Shown: positions 48,952 through 61,028, numbered from the whole stretch's first letter. The stretch is DNA of 63,757 bases, filler included, from Rhabdomonas costata (GCA_019059605.1; 55 parts of 55 records of this genome joined end to end with filler, not necessarily neighbours in it), one strand, 5' to 3'. Program-made: numbers and translations. The notes: generated by a model from the letters alone, not told the origin.

Positions 48952-50114
48952 CTGGAAAATAAGAAAGGGAAGGACTTTCTTCGTCCGGCTCTCCCCCTTC
49001 CTTCTTCTCCACTACCCTTTCCTGTTTATACTCCTTTGCGCTCCTCACAGACTGCTACTGCGCCCTCTTTTTGTCACCTTCCGCGCAACCTCCGATTTCT
49101 TTTTCCAATAATAGTACCGTATAATACCGTATAAAAACAGTATACTTATAATGCCATTTTGAATAATATATAATAAGGGAAGTTATATGCCGAACCTCAG
49201 AATTTAGTATGTTACGAGTTTCCCATTGAAGTCCTGAAGTGTGTGGATCCATACGATATGTTTTAAACGTTTTCATGCTACTGAGGCTAAAAAACACGTT
49301 TTCTGCGTTTACGATGAAACGTGCTAAAACAATAATGGAGACAAAACGATTTTAAATTGCAAGGGTCAATAATTGCCCCGCTCGAACCCCCCCTTTCCCT
49401 CATTGGGTCAATGTTGACTTTTATGGTAGGCTGGGTGCCCCATTGTGAAACAACATTGACTACAGGGGGAAAGGGGGACACACGCTTCGCACAGCAACCG
49501 CAAAAGTCCCCAAATCGGCCTTTTCCAGCTAAAAGCCCCAAAATTAGGGGCAAAACGATGGTTTTTAGGCCAAAATTGGTGAAAAAAATACAAGTACAGG
49601 CGGATGAGTGGAGTAGCGAAGACCCAAAAAATTACTTGATGGTAAGCCTCGTCTTGAGGAGGGCAAGAGTAGTTTGGGTGACGGAGAAGCAAAGAAACAA
49701 ATCTGGAATTAGTGACCCTTTTTTTTACTCCCCCCCTTTTCACTGTGTACTAGGGCATTTTACAATCGAGCTTTGTCAGAATATCAGCTATAACACTGTA
49801 CTGGCACCCCTCCCCCACAACCNNNNNNNNNNNNNNNNNNNNNNNNNNNNNNNNNNNNNNNNNNNNTTAATTAATTAANNNNNNNNNNNNNNNNNNNNNN
49901 NNNNNNNNNNNNNNNNNNNNNNTGTTTGTGTGCAGGGTGGATTCAACAACGCTTACTCAAACACCCAGAAGGCCAGCGACGAAGGTACCCTAACCCACCC
50001 GTCTGGGTGTTTGAGTAAGCGTTGTTGAATCCACCCTGCGCACTTCACCTCATTCCCGACGTGACATCCCTTTCGGACTCCCCGCCCCCTGAGCCGTTCG
50101 GTAACCGCTCTTAG

Positions 50115-50965
50115 GAAAGGACGCAAACAAGGCTCAGGCGGAGTGGATGAAGGCTGCCAACCTGAAGACCTACCCTGATGCGGTCGCCGACGTGCTGAAG
50201 GCCAAGGGCCAGGCGGACAAGGCGGCCGAGTGGATGAAGAAGGCGATGCACCTTGGGCACCCGGAGGCAAAGGCCCTGGCAAAGAAGGACTACGGGGTGG
50301 AGATCTTCTGGTGCATGGAGGCTCCTCGTGCCCGCGAGGGCTATTACCGCATCAAGGTTTGCATTTTTCTGCTGATTTGGTGAGTAAAATTAAGAGGACA
50401 ATCCAGGCACGTCTTTCTTCTGTTGTCCGTGTATAGGGCGGTGTGGAATTCTGCGTCCACCGTGCCTGGGCTTTTGCGCCGTACGCTGACCTGATTTGGA
50501 TGGAGTGTGCCATGGCCAACGTGGAGGAAGCCCGCGAGTTTGCCCACGGAGTGCACTCCAAGTTCCCCAACCAGATGCTCGCCTACAACTGCTCTCCGTC
50601 TTTCAACTGGGACGCCTCGGGTTTGCTGCGCTCCTTTTTTTTTTTCACCTTTCAACCTGTTTTCACTGAATTAGGAAACGAATGGCATTTAGTTGCCTGA
50701 GAACGTGACCTAGCTTGACTAGAGCAGTGGAAAAGTGAACCTCTGAAACACCAGGCATGACCGACAAGGAGATCGAGAACTTCCAGAACGAGATCGGGAA
50801 GATGGGCTACGTGTGGCACTTCATCACCCTGGCCGGCTTCCACCTGGACAGCCTGATGGCCACTCGCTTCGCCCGAGACTTCGAGAAGCGCTGCATGCTG
50901 GCCTACGTGGAGATGATCCAGCGCCCGGAGCGCCAGGAGAAGGTGGAGACACTGACCCACCAGAA
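50115..50965 (+). CDS. ICL: Isocitrate lyase (eukaryotic type with domain II insert), exons 50115-50356, 50437-50620, 50755-50965
   Basis: APRAREGYYRIK|GGVEFCVHRAWAFAPYADLIWME...LAYNCSPSFNW|...GYVWHFITLAGFH...MLAYVEMIQ...TLTHQK are diagnostic ICL motifs. Two GTTTG...AG introns keep the frame. Confidence 0.96.
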
Positions 50966-51440
50966 GTACGTGCGCCCACCCANNNNNNNNNNNNNNNNNN
51001 NNNNNNNNNNNNNNNNNNNNNNNNNNTTAATTAATTAANNNNNNNNNNNNNNNNNNNNNNNNNNNNNNNNNNNNNNNNNNNNGGGGTTGTGGGAGGTTAC
51101 CATATGTGGAATGTTCTGCGGTGAGCCGGTTCCGGTTCCCCACGGCACCGTTCGCTCCAACGGCACCTCGCGAGCACCCGTGGCTAACAACGCGTGCGCC
51201 AGTCACCAACAACCGAGCAACCAGGCAACAGCCAGCGCACAACAGCCAGCTCCCAACACACGCACGCACACACACCACCGCAGTGAGGTTCATACATTTT
51301 TTGATACAAAATCACGAAATTCTGGAAACCTGATCCCCCCGACTTAACTGTCGGCGGGGGGGGGGTTGACTGTATGTTCTGACGTCTGGGTGTCGCCTCA
51401 GGCCCAAACAAAAATCATTCAGTGTGCAAACACTGAGACT

Positions 51441-51480
51441 GCTGCAACTCGGTTGGGAGTGCTGCAACTCGGTTGGGAGT
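51441..51480 (+). repeat. 20-bp perfect tandem duplication
   Basis: GCTGCAACTCGGTTGGGAGT x2. Confidence 0.9.
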
Positions 51481-51913
51481 GGGGGTGACTTCCTTTCCCC
51501 AATAAGGCTGTGAACAATAATGGCATTTTGAGGCCCCACCGCGTTTCTTTTTGGAGGTGGGAATCAGGCTGGTAATGGCTGGTACTGGTGACCGAAGTTT
51601 CCCCTGCCGATTTGTGATGTTCCAAAGTGCCATGCGTGGGAGGTTTGGTTTGCGGATCGGTTTGGATTGGTATCCTGCAGCTGACCCTTCGACGGTTTCC
51701 AACAAACATTCTTTTCTTTTTTGGTGAGCTTGCCCCACTCTTTTGAGGGCCTTTTGTTTCTGAAGCCCCTCCCCTCACTGTTTCCTTCTACTGAAGTATA
51801 TGCTCTGCGTGAGTCGGAATAGTTCCGCTGGGGGTAGCCTTGTGTAGGGAACCTCCGGGGCGCAGGAGCAAGAGAAAAATCTGGAGTTTGGACCCTCCGG
51901 CTCTGTGTAGAGA

Positions 51914-52051
51914 ATGGCGCTGCCATTTTCGGAGCCCGAGTATCGGCAGCTATTGCAGCTGTTTGAAAAGTATGACGAGAAGGCCGCCGGAAAGCTCTCG
52001 TGGACGGAGGTCTCAGACCTGGGCGCCGCTATTGGGAAGAAGATTGACCAG
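51914..52051 (+). CDS. Calmodulin/light-chain-like EF-hand protein exon
   Basis: MALPFSEPEYRQLLQLFEKYDEKAAGKLSWTEVSDLGAAIGKKIDQ|GTGAA, with an AG acceptor just upstream of the ATG. Confidence 0.65.
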
Positions 52052-52483
52052 GTGAATGGCAACGCTTTCGTCTAAAAGCGTCTTCTAGTTTTCGAGGGGG
52101 AAAGGGCCAACGCCGAAACCGAAAACAAAAATACAAAGCACACNNNNNNNNNNNNNNNNNNNNNNNNNNNNNNNNNNNNNNNNNNNNTTAATTAATTAAN
52201 NNNNNNNNNNNNNNNNNNNNNNNNNNNNNNNNNNNNNNNNNNNAGAAATGTGCAAATGAAGGTGCTCCTGACCTCAAACCCTCCGCCAAGGACCGAAAAT
52301 CTTGGGCCGCGGACTCAGTATTGCCTTGGGGGGGGGTTGTAGCACAACGTACGGATAAATCCTGGGGGTTTGAAAAGAGGCCATGAGCGAACATATGCCA
52401 CGTCCCACTATTGCGCCTCGGGACGGTCTGCACCGCACATCGTATCTACCTGCGATGTCCCAAAGGATACTCGACGACGCATA

Positions 52484-53300
52484 CTTGCGGCTTCCGACGG
52501 TCCCCAGACGGTGCCCCCTGGGGCGTCCGGGCCCTGGCTCCGGCAGCCTCTGAGCACCGGCTTGCTGGGCGGCGGTGGGATGCCGCCGAAAGCGACGACG
52601 AGGGCAGGAAAGACGCCAACTCGTCCTCAGCCTCCCACTCCGAAAAAGTCGCTCCTCCCGCAGAGTCCCCCAGGGTAGGGTCTGCAGGGAAGGCCGGGGC
52701 GGCTGTCATCCTGCGGGCACGTCTCCACAGCGGGAGCAAGTCCCGGGTTTGCTCATCGCAGGGATCCTAAAAAAAAAGGACCACAAAACACCGCAGCCAA
52801 TGGTGCTAAAACTCGCGCCTTACGCTCCTGCACAGCCTTCAACGCCGTTTTTTTTTTGTGTATTTTTGGTGTCTCAGTGCAAAAATGATGTCCTTGTCTT
52901 TGGCTGCATGAAACACTGCGGTATCAACAATATACACCCGAGGTGATTTCTCAACATCACGCTCTGCGGAAGAAAAAGAATACGCGTCATCATTTCCTGA
53001 AGCAGGGGGGAAAGACATAACCATTCCACTACAAATGCACCCTTCAGCACACGTCCCAGCAAACCAAAAAAAACCGAAACCAAAAAAACCAAAAAGAAAA
53101 GGAACTGAATCCAGCCAAACCGGATGCGCAGAGAAGATCGTTGCGGGTGATTTCGGTGGGGATCCAGGGTGCCCAAAACACACATCCGCGTCTGAGCCTA
53201 ACATGCGCCCAGCACTGGGCCCCGGCCGCCTCGTTCCCGTCTCTGCCATCGGAACGGCCTGTCGAGGCAGCTTGGGGAGCTTAGGGTTACTCCTACCCAC
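52484..53300 (-). CDS. Several exons of an unknown low-complexity protein
   Basis: Exons GNDDAYSFSSAERDVEKSPR|GTGTA and DPCDEQTRDLLPLWRRARRM...RKPQ|GTATG. Confidence 0.35.
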
Positions 53301-54810
53301 ACCCNNNNNNNNNNNNNNNNNNNNNNNNNNNNNNNNNNNNNNNNNNNNTTAATTAATTAANNNNNNNNNNNNNNNNNNNNNNNNNNNNNNNNNNNNNNNN
53401 NNNNGTGGTTGGGGGTACTGAGAATTTCCCCAGCATATTCTCAGTACCCTCTACCCACAAATTATCTGGACATTCAACTGGCCACTGCCGGCATGGCTTT
53501 TTGTTTGTTACTGACGTGAACGTTTGTGGGAACAGAAAACTTTTGAGGCGACCAGTATCTGCCCTTTAACAACAACAAAATGAGGAGTTTCAAGGTTCAT
53601 CACAAACCAAAGCAATATGTGTTGTCGTTCACCATGGAATTTGTGCCGAGAGGCCCAGAATGTCCTGCGTGTGTATGGGAGGGGGGGGCGGTAAAGAAAT
53701 ATTGCCTCCTCCCAAATACAAACGAGGCATCTTTCCCCTCACCCTGAGTGAGGGATTCTGAGGCCAACGAGAGCTCTGTTGAACATTTCCATAGCTAGTG
53801 ATGAAACCCGCTCAAATCTTGCATGTGATGTTATGCGCTTTCGTAGTCATGGATTGGATTCAGACCATTCTTGTTCATTGGTGATGAATTTAGCGACACC
53901 CAGCTTCGCTTCGCACAATTCATATATCTACATTCACATATCTACTTTTCGGTCCGTGGTTGGTGATGAGACTTTGGCTGTGATCTTTGCTCATGTGGTC
54001 GTTATGGATTGCGTGTTCGCAGACCTTGGAACCGTTTATTCGACATTCAACTTCATCCGAAACCACTATTCAAATTGTTACTTCTCTCGTCTATATTTCC
54101 GGAACATCCCTCTAGCTCTCCACCGCCCTTGAAAATGGGACATCGAAGTACCAGATCGACCCAACAACAATTTGGTGATTACCACCTGAACCAACGCCCA
54201 ACGCTTATCTTGATAATCTCATTGGATTTTCGTCTTCCTTCCCTTGCAGAGATTTTCTTCCAAAAAAAAGACACTCATAATGTACCCATTCAACCATCTT
54301 TTCGTGCCCAAAGCGAAGTCTTTCTTTGAGTGCTGTCTTCTGAGCGTTGTGCTAGTTGTTCTCTCCTGGGTTTACACTGCATCTGCGCCCCTCTCTGGGG
54401 TGCTTCCCTCGGTGCAAATTACTGGTTGTTTTGTTGACCCCAGCCTTTTGTAGCAGTTTTGAGAGNNNNNNNNNNNNNNNNNNNNNNNNNNNNNNNNNNN
54501 NNNNNNNNNTTAATTAATTAANNNNNNNNNNNNNNNNNNNNNNNNNNNNNNNNNNNNNNNNNNNNTAAATGTACGCTCTAGACCCCAGAGAAAGCACTCT
54601 ACTTAGGTATGGGGTGTTGTTTTTGGATGCAAAAGTGCACTTTTGTTTCCTGCGTAGTGTGTTTTGAGGCTTTCTGCGGGCTTTCCAACACACTTATGCT
54701 GTATTGTAGGTTACAGGGCAAGTTTTAACGTGTCGAAAGCCTTTTAGCGGCATAAATGTTGGGGTTTTCAGGTTTGTGTGATGGGTGAGGCATTCTAGGC
54801 GTGTTTTTGC

Positions 54811-55011
54811 ACGGTGCCGAGCTCATTTTGCACGATGCCCAACTCATTTTGTACGATGCCCACCACGTTGCCCGTTATTTTGACGATGCCCAGCATTAAT
54901 ATAAAGGTCTAATTATTTATAACCCTTTACACAATACTGGGCATCGTCAAAAAATAACGGGCATCGTGCTGGGTATCGAGGAAATTGTGTTGGGCATCGT
55001 TTGGGCATCGT
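54811..55011. repeat. Foldback with five ACGATGCCC motifs facing five GGGCATCGT motifs
   Basis: Motif copies (some with 1-2 mismatches) at 54811, 54832, 54853, 54865 and 54883, and inverted at 54939, 54959, 54971, 54992 and 55003, around an AT-rich centre. Confidence 0.85.
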
Positions 55012-55140
55012 GACCAATCGGTTATTGGTAGGAAGAAAACGCAATACAGTGAATAATTAGGGCTGGTTGTTTCCGTTTATATCAATTTAATGTTCGCTTT
55101 ACCCTCGTTTCGCGTGTTTAGGTCTTACTTCAGGCTCTTT

Positions 55141-55181
55141 CGGGCTATTTTAGGCCATTTTAGGCTATTTTAGGCTATTTT
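55141..55181 (+). repeat. 10-bp tandem repeat (TAGGCTATTT) x4
   Basis: cgggctattt taggccattt taggctattt taggctattt. Confidence 0.85.
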
Positions 55182-55414
55182 GTCTCTGATAAACCCCCCC
55201 AAAATGTCGATTTTTACTTCTTTCAGTGTTGATTCGCGCACAATCGCCATTTAAGTACATGCCTGTCTCTCTTTTCAGCTTTACTTGTGTGCTTCCGCCA
55301 TAGTTTAGCACGGAGCGGAGCGACGCCGTAGGCTTCTGTGTCACCACCCTGTGGGGGGCGGTAAAACCGGGAGGTTTAGGTGCTGGGAATCCGCCGTTGC
55401 GAAAAAGTCATTTT

Positions 55415-55566
55415 CAGACAACGTTTTCCATAATGGAATTGAACAACCCCCCCTCCCCCCCTCATTTTTCAATGTTGGTTAGCAAAACGGTCTTACCCAA
55501 CATTGATAAGGGGGGGAGGGGGGCCAAAACCTTGGTTGTTCAAAGTATTTTGGAAAACGTTGTCTG
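55415..55566. mobile_element. MITE-like hairpin element
   Basis: 16-bp perfect terminal inverted repeat CAGACAACGTTTTCCA...TGGAAAACGTTGTCTG, with nested TTGAACAACC/GGTTGTTCAA and TCAATGTTGG/CCAACATTGA arms. Confidence 0.65.
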
Positions 55567-56701
55567 GGTGACGGCTTGCGGGAGCGTAGTGAGAATGAGC
55601 ACCAAGAACAGTCTTGTGCATATTGAAAAGNNNNNNNNNNNNNNNNNNNNNNNNNNNNNNNNNNNNNNNNNNNNTTAATTAATTAANNNNNNNNNNNNNN
55701 NNNNNNNNNNNNNNNNNNNNNNNNNNNNNNGTGGGGTGTGTGGGCCGTTTAAGGCCCCGCAGCGGTTCGGGGTATCGCTGACGAAAGAGGGGCATCAGGT
55801 TTGGACATGACGTGTGCTCTGTGCGAGGGTTGAGTTGGTATGTCCATGGGCAGGGGGGTAATTCGACGTTGTGAAGGACTACGTTCCTGTGCCTAATTGC
55901 GTTGGCGACGCCGCCCACTTTCTTCGAATCCCCGAGTTACCATATGGCAGTTTAGCGTCGTTGTTCTGCGTCGTTTGTCTGCAAACTTTCTTGCATTCAG
56001 CCGTTGGTATTGATTGAGGTCCAAAAGGGTTCAAGCCGTTGACGTAGGACGCGAATTCGCTCAATCGACATTCATCTTCGTGACCCTAAGATCGGTGGGC
56101 CTAGGTGGAGCCTGTGAGCAACCCCTCTTAGTCAATCACCGGGAAGTCTTCAATCACAATGTCTATGCAAATGTTCCAAGGGGTTGTGCTGGGAAACAAA
56201 GAAAAGACAACGTTCACTGCTCTGGGCGGACAGGAGAAATCCTGGCAATCTTTTTTTTTGTGAACTATCCTGGCTTCCGAGTTGTCCATCCGTCTGCATT
56301 TCATTGGGGACGTCGGGCAGTTCTTGGGCATAATGGCATAATGTTTGAGCGAGTTTGCTCCTCCCACGTTCCGCAGAGGCCTGTGCGGGTGGGTGATATT
56401 TTCTCGCTTGCTTTGGACTGAAGTGGTTGACTTGAGACACGAAAGAAGCTAACATTCTGTCCGGGTGGACTGGAGAATAATCTCGGTTAATCGTGAAGTT
56501 CTCTTTCTTTATTTTTCAATGTATGTGGGCTCCCGAGTTGTCCGCCCGTGCAGTCTTTGCATTTTTTTTGGAGACGCATTCCTCGGGCACTTTTTTGGTC
56601 ATAATGTGTGATCCAGATTGTTCATTCCGCAGAGAGTTGTGCGTGGGAGGTTTTTCCGCGGCCGGAGCGGGTGGCTTGGGCGGGGACGTGACCTGGAGGG
56701 C

Positions 56702-56751
56702 CACGACTTTTTCACGACTTTCACGACTTTTTCACGACTGTCACGACTTTT
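56702..56751 (+). repeat. Tandem repeat (TCACGACTT[TT]) x5
   Basis: cacgactttttcacgactttcacgactttttcacgactgtcacgacttt. Confidence 0.85.
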
Positions 56752-58083
56752 CTTAACACTGTCACCACCGTTAATCGTTACCCACCCACACNNNNNNNNN
56801 NNNNNNNNNNNNNNNNNNNNNNNNNNNNNNNNNNNTTAATTAATTAANNNNNNNNNNNNNNNNNNNNNNNNNNNNNNNNNNNNNNNNNNNNGGTGGGAGG
56901 GGAGGGAAAGCGGTTATGCCACGTTAAACCATAAGGTTCAAGATAATGCCGCGGTACGCTCGGCCGCCTTCATGTGTTGCTTTTTGGGGAGCGTGATTAC
57001 GAAAACTACCGCCCATTCCTTTTTCTTTCTTTTGTTTGGAGGGGGAGGGGAGGGTAAGCGTTAAACCGTAAGGTTCAAGGTAGGCCTGTAGAAACGCCTG
57101 TACATGGAGATTCATCACCACAAACGCCAAGAACCAGCTGTAGCATCACCATCCTTGTCTTCACGCTAGATACCTCAGCCCCTTGCTTATATCGCCCAAC
57201 ACAGATCGAGAGACCGATACCGAGACCGAAATCAGAGAGCGAACCCGGAGCAGAAGACCGAAACCGAAACCAAAACCCTGCCTACTAAATACGGCTACCT
57301 CGTCGCTCGAATAGGCGTTCCACCCCCTTAACCAGAACCAGAACCCGGACCCCGAACCCCGAAAACAAAACCCCATGTACCCACGCGAGAAGGCCAGTTT
57401 GCCCAACATGGGATCGAGTGATGTCCGTGCTTCGTGCCATTTCTACGACCGTGGTGTCTGCATCCACGCTATCAGCCTTCCAACGGTGACGTCGCAGGTC
57501 GTACACATCTAGTAGGAGGTCAAGTAGTTCGATGGATTTAGCTGGGACCTACCGACCGATGCAAATTGAAACAACCCCGTCAAAGGACTCTACGCATATC
57601 ACACATGGTACACCCTATCCCAGCATCACCCCACCAGCTTCAAGGTAAAGCATCACGTCCTCAATCCAACCCTAGGTGTGGTGGTGTTGGCATCATGGCA
57701 TAGGGCATTCTGGTGTCTCAACATCAACCAGTGTGTGTGTGTGTGTGTGTGTGTGTTACCATGGTAGTTGTTGGTGAAAGCCGAGGTGATGCAGGTGGAG
57801 AAGATGGTGGTCAAGGAGAGAAGCACTGACAGGTCCCTGGGGACAACCTGGGGGAAACCCTGGCGCGGGTGCAGGGCCTGACACGCCCGCATCCAGCCAC
57901 CAGAACCGGAATAATCGTTACTCATGACAAAACCACCCAAACACACCCACCACNNNNNNNNNNNNNNNNNNNNNNNNNNNNNNNNNNNNNNNNNNNNTTA
58001 ATTAATTAANNNNNNNNNNNNNNNNNNNNNNNNNNNNNNNNNNNNNNNNNNNNGGGGGGTGGTGAGGGGTTCTCTCTGTGCAG

Positions 58084-58862
58084 TTGTCTCCAAAGAAGCG
58101 TGAGGGGCCGCCGGGAATCGCGCCTCAGCTGATACAGTGCGCAAAAGACTTCTGCTCTACCCACTTCAGCTCCATGCCCAGCGGGGGCGATGGCTCCGAC
58201 CTGCTCTGCAGCGAGGTTGCTCGCCGGCTTCACAGAATTGGTGCGTCTTCAGTATCTCTTCAGTAATGATCCACTCGCTCTTTGCGAATGACCTTCTTGT
58301 TCTTGCCGAAGATATCTCTGCCGCATGCGCAGTTTGATACATTTCGCTGTTCGAGAGGGGTTGTGATGGACCGTGGCCGGGCGGACACACGCACACGCAA
58401 CCCACTCGTTTTACCTCAGCGGAGGACATTGAGACGTATGAGACCAAGAACGGGGACCAGCAGGAGGCCGCGCTGCGGGAGCTCTGCTCGGTAATGGCCA
58501 GCGAGGAGAGCGTGAGCACGTACGAAGTGCTAACTTCGGGCATTATCGAGGCCCTGATGTTCTTTCTTTCCCACAAGAGCAAGTCCGCCGACCTAGGGCA
58601 GTACGATCGGCTGCTGCGTGCGGGAAGGTGTGCCCCCACAAACAACTGTATCATCATGTGGCTTTTCATGATCCGGGGATGCGAACCCATCTATCATGAC
58701 TTGATTCCTTCCCTTTGCCACCATTTTAAGCGGAATAAAAATAACAGGCTCCTGCGGGTGATGGGCCGAACAATGACCACCGTCCCCTCGGATGGAGGAC
58801 TCGCCGCTCAGATGCAGCAGTCTCAGAGCGAGGCGGGCAAGAACAGCTACCTCCAACTGCTG
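58084..58862 (+). CDS. HECT E3 ligase of the TRIP12/UPL3/Ufd4 family, exons 58084-58240, 58420-58627, 58748-58862
   Basis: CAKDFCSTHF and EESVSTYEVLTSGIIEALMFFLS match UPL3 AKAFKDKYF...GVSTFEFIGSGVVAALLNYFS. Three exons in consistent phase. Confidence 0.75.
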
Positions 58863-60375
58863 GTTTGCAGTGATTAGGGATGGTGGGATGGATAGGTGGA
58901 TGTGGCATGCCCCCCCCAATACCACTCCCCGCTCGCGTTTCTTCTTTACGCTGCACATTGTGTTGCACATTGTTGCCTGCTGTGCAATGCTTGTCCTTGT
59001 GTTTAGCTTTTTACTGCACTTTCTGGCAATGTCATGGGCTGCGCCGTTAGTTCTGTGTATGTGTTGAGGAAGAAACATCCTCATCCAAGCCTCTACCCCC
59101 CCCCCCTTCCCCCANNNNNNNNNNNNNNNNNNNNNNNNNNNNNNNNNNNNNNNNNNNNTTAATTAATTAANNNNNNNNNNNNNNNNNNNNNNNNNNNNNN
59201 NNNNNNNNNNNNNNCCATACTTCAATGAGAAGCGCCTGGAAGTGACGCGGCAAGCCTCCGCTGCGATGCTGGAGTCGAAGCTGCTCACCTGATCATCAAA
59301 GAATGTTGAAAGGGTGGAATGGGGGACCCAACGGTGCAGGCTTCTTTTCTGGATGCCGAGCAGGCAAGAAAGAGGAATTCCAAACCTTCGCGCGCTTGCC
59401 GAAGCCCGGCAGGCGGGGTAGTTTCAGGCCCCTCCACCACTGTACAAGAGAACTGGGAGCCGCCTGAATATGAAAAACAACAGAACAAACAGACCAAAAA
59501 AAAAGAGGAATGCGGGTGGGGGTGGGGGTAGAGAGACCGCATTGCACACTCTGCTGCTTCTGAGAACTCTGACTTCAGGCTCCGCATCGGACATTGTGCA
59601 ATTCTGCCGCTTCTAAGTTTCTTCTGTGCAACCACCACTCTGTCCAGGGGGTGTTCGTGAGGCGGTAAAAGACACATACTCTGCAAAAACAATTCGCACA
59701 CCTCAGACTTGAAGGGTCACCAAACTTTTATGTGTCTTGGAGTGGTTTCCTAATTTCTATCCCCCCCCCCCTTTTTTTTGCCACTTTTGGTCGTTTTTTT
59801 TTGCTCTATCTGGAGATACAACGTGTAGTGAGCGCAAATACACATAAATGCTAATTGCTCAACATTGCGTGGGAACTGGCCCCCAGCTTTTCGAGCAAGA
59901 CAGAGAAATATAATCGAAGACCGTCTTTTTTCCATCGAGACCGTCACTTTCAAAACGGGAGGATGATACCTTTTTCTTCTTGAGCACAGCGCCATATTAA
60001 CACATGAAGACAGGTTGCTTCTCCAATCGCACTGCATAGAATCTGCTGGATTTTCGGACGGGGAGGCCCACCACCACTTGGTCACAGAAGCAAGCTAGAA
60101 AACTCTTGGGAAGAGCACTAACAAGAGCATGCAAAAACCTTCACAAGACAGCCATACTTGGATGGGCGGTTGCGGGGCTGGGACCTCCTCTGCAAACCAG
60201 CACGCCGCTGGGGTCTGGGCAACGACCACCTTGCCCCGCTCCATCCTTAGGTCCATCCCCGAGAGCAGGTCCTCCNNNNNNNNNNNNNNNNNNNNNNNNN
60301 NNNNNNNNNNNNNNNNNNNTTAATTAATTAANNNNNNNNNNNNNNNNNNNNNNNNNNNNNNNNNNNNNNNNNNNN

Positions 60376-61028
60376 TTCCACACAGCCCCAGAAAGGCAGC
60401 TCCCGTGGGAAGCAGCAGGAGCAGCAGGGGGCACGACACCGCTCGTCCCACCGCTCCGAAGTCACCCCTCAGCGCAGCGCCGTGCAGACGATCTTCTTCG
60501 GGGTGCTGGGCAGCAATGTCAAGCATAGAGGTTTGCACCCAAGACCATTATCATAGTCGTCGCCATCGTGCTGCAGCAGAGTCAGCACAGCCCCACCATA
60601 GTTTTTCGTTTGTGGGACGACTTGAAACTTTTTTTAGTATTGATTTTGGCAAGTCCAAAAAAAATCGTTCATCGCTGGTCACGAGCGCACGGTGCCGACT
60701 GTTGGGTGCAATGGGCTATATTGCGCCAGGCCATCGCCCTGACTGAGAGAGCGCACAAAAAAATCGGACAAACAAACGGACATTACGTATAATTCTACAA
60801 CCAAGAAGGGTATCTCACCGCCGCTGTCAGTTGGGAACATTGCGAATGGGAACTTTCTTTGCTCGTTCGTTGTAAGTGTGTTGTGGGGTGGGGGGGCGCT
60901 TCAAGGCAAGCCCGCGAGCGTCACCAAGCAGCCGTTCAACGTGCTCCCCGTGGACATCTCTTCGCCCTCCGTGCAGACGCTGGAGCAGGCCCTGTGTGCG
61001 ATCGCTCAGGGGGACTACCTAGATGATG
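60376..61028 (+). CDS. Ubiquitin-specific protease, USP10/Ubp3-like, exons ~60376-60530 and 60906-61028
   Basis: SAVQTIFFGVLGSNVKHR|GKPASVTKQPFNVLPVDISSPSVQTLEQAL matches USP10 TPITGIFGGHIRSVV...[27 protein letters not shown]. Confidence 0.75.

Noticed and set aside
49928-50043. 38-bp perfect inverted repeat (49932-49969 / 50002-50039) as a MITE or non-conventional intron stem
   Set aside because: It sits at the contig start, and the outer end is a G/T-converted copy of the inner arm's flank (tgtttgtgtgcagg vs tgaagtgcgcagg). That is what a WGA primer fold-back chimera would look like.
53405-53457. 13-bp hairpin GGGTACTGAGAAT / ATTCTCAGTACCC
   Set aside because: It is at the contig start, and the outer gtggttgg is a G/T-converted version of the partner flank, indicating a primer-derived chimera.
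55141-55181. TTAGG-containing repeat as telomeric sequence
   Set aside because: The unit is 10 bp (TAGGCTATTT), there are only four copies, and it is internal; it is not TTAGGG.
55731-56460. Possible LINE endonuclease remnant (GGVANAIRH, minus strand)
   Set aside because: It is a single weak motif among many stops, insufficient to call.
57285-57506. YDLRRH as a tyrosine-recombinase HxLR motif
   Set aside because: No other catalytic residues are recognisable, the ORF is short, and the context is low-complexity.
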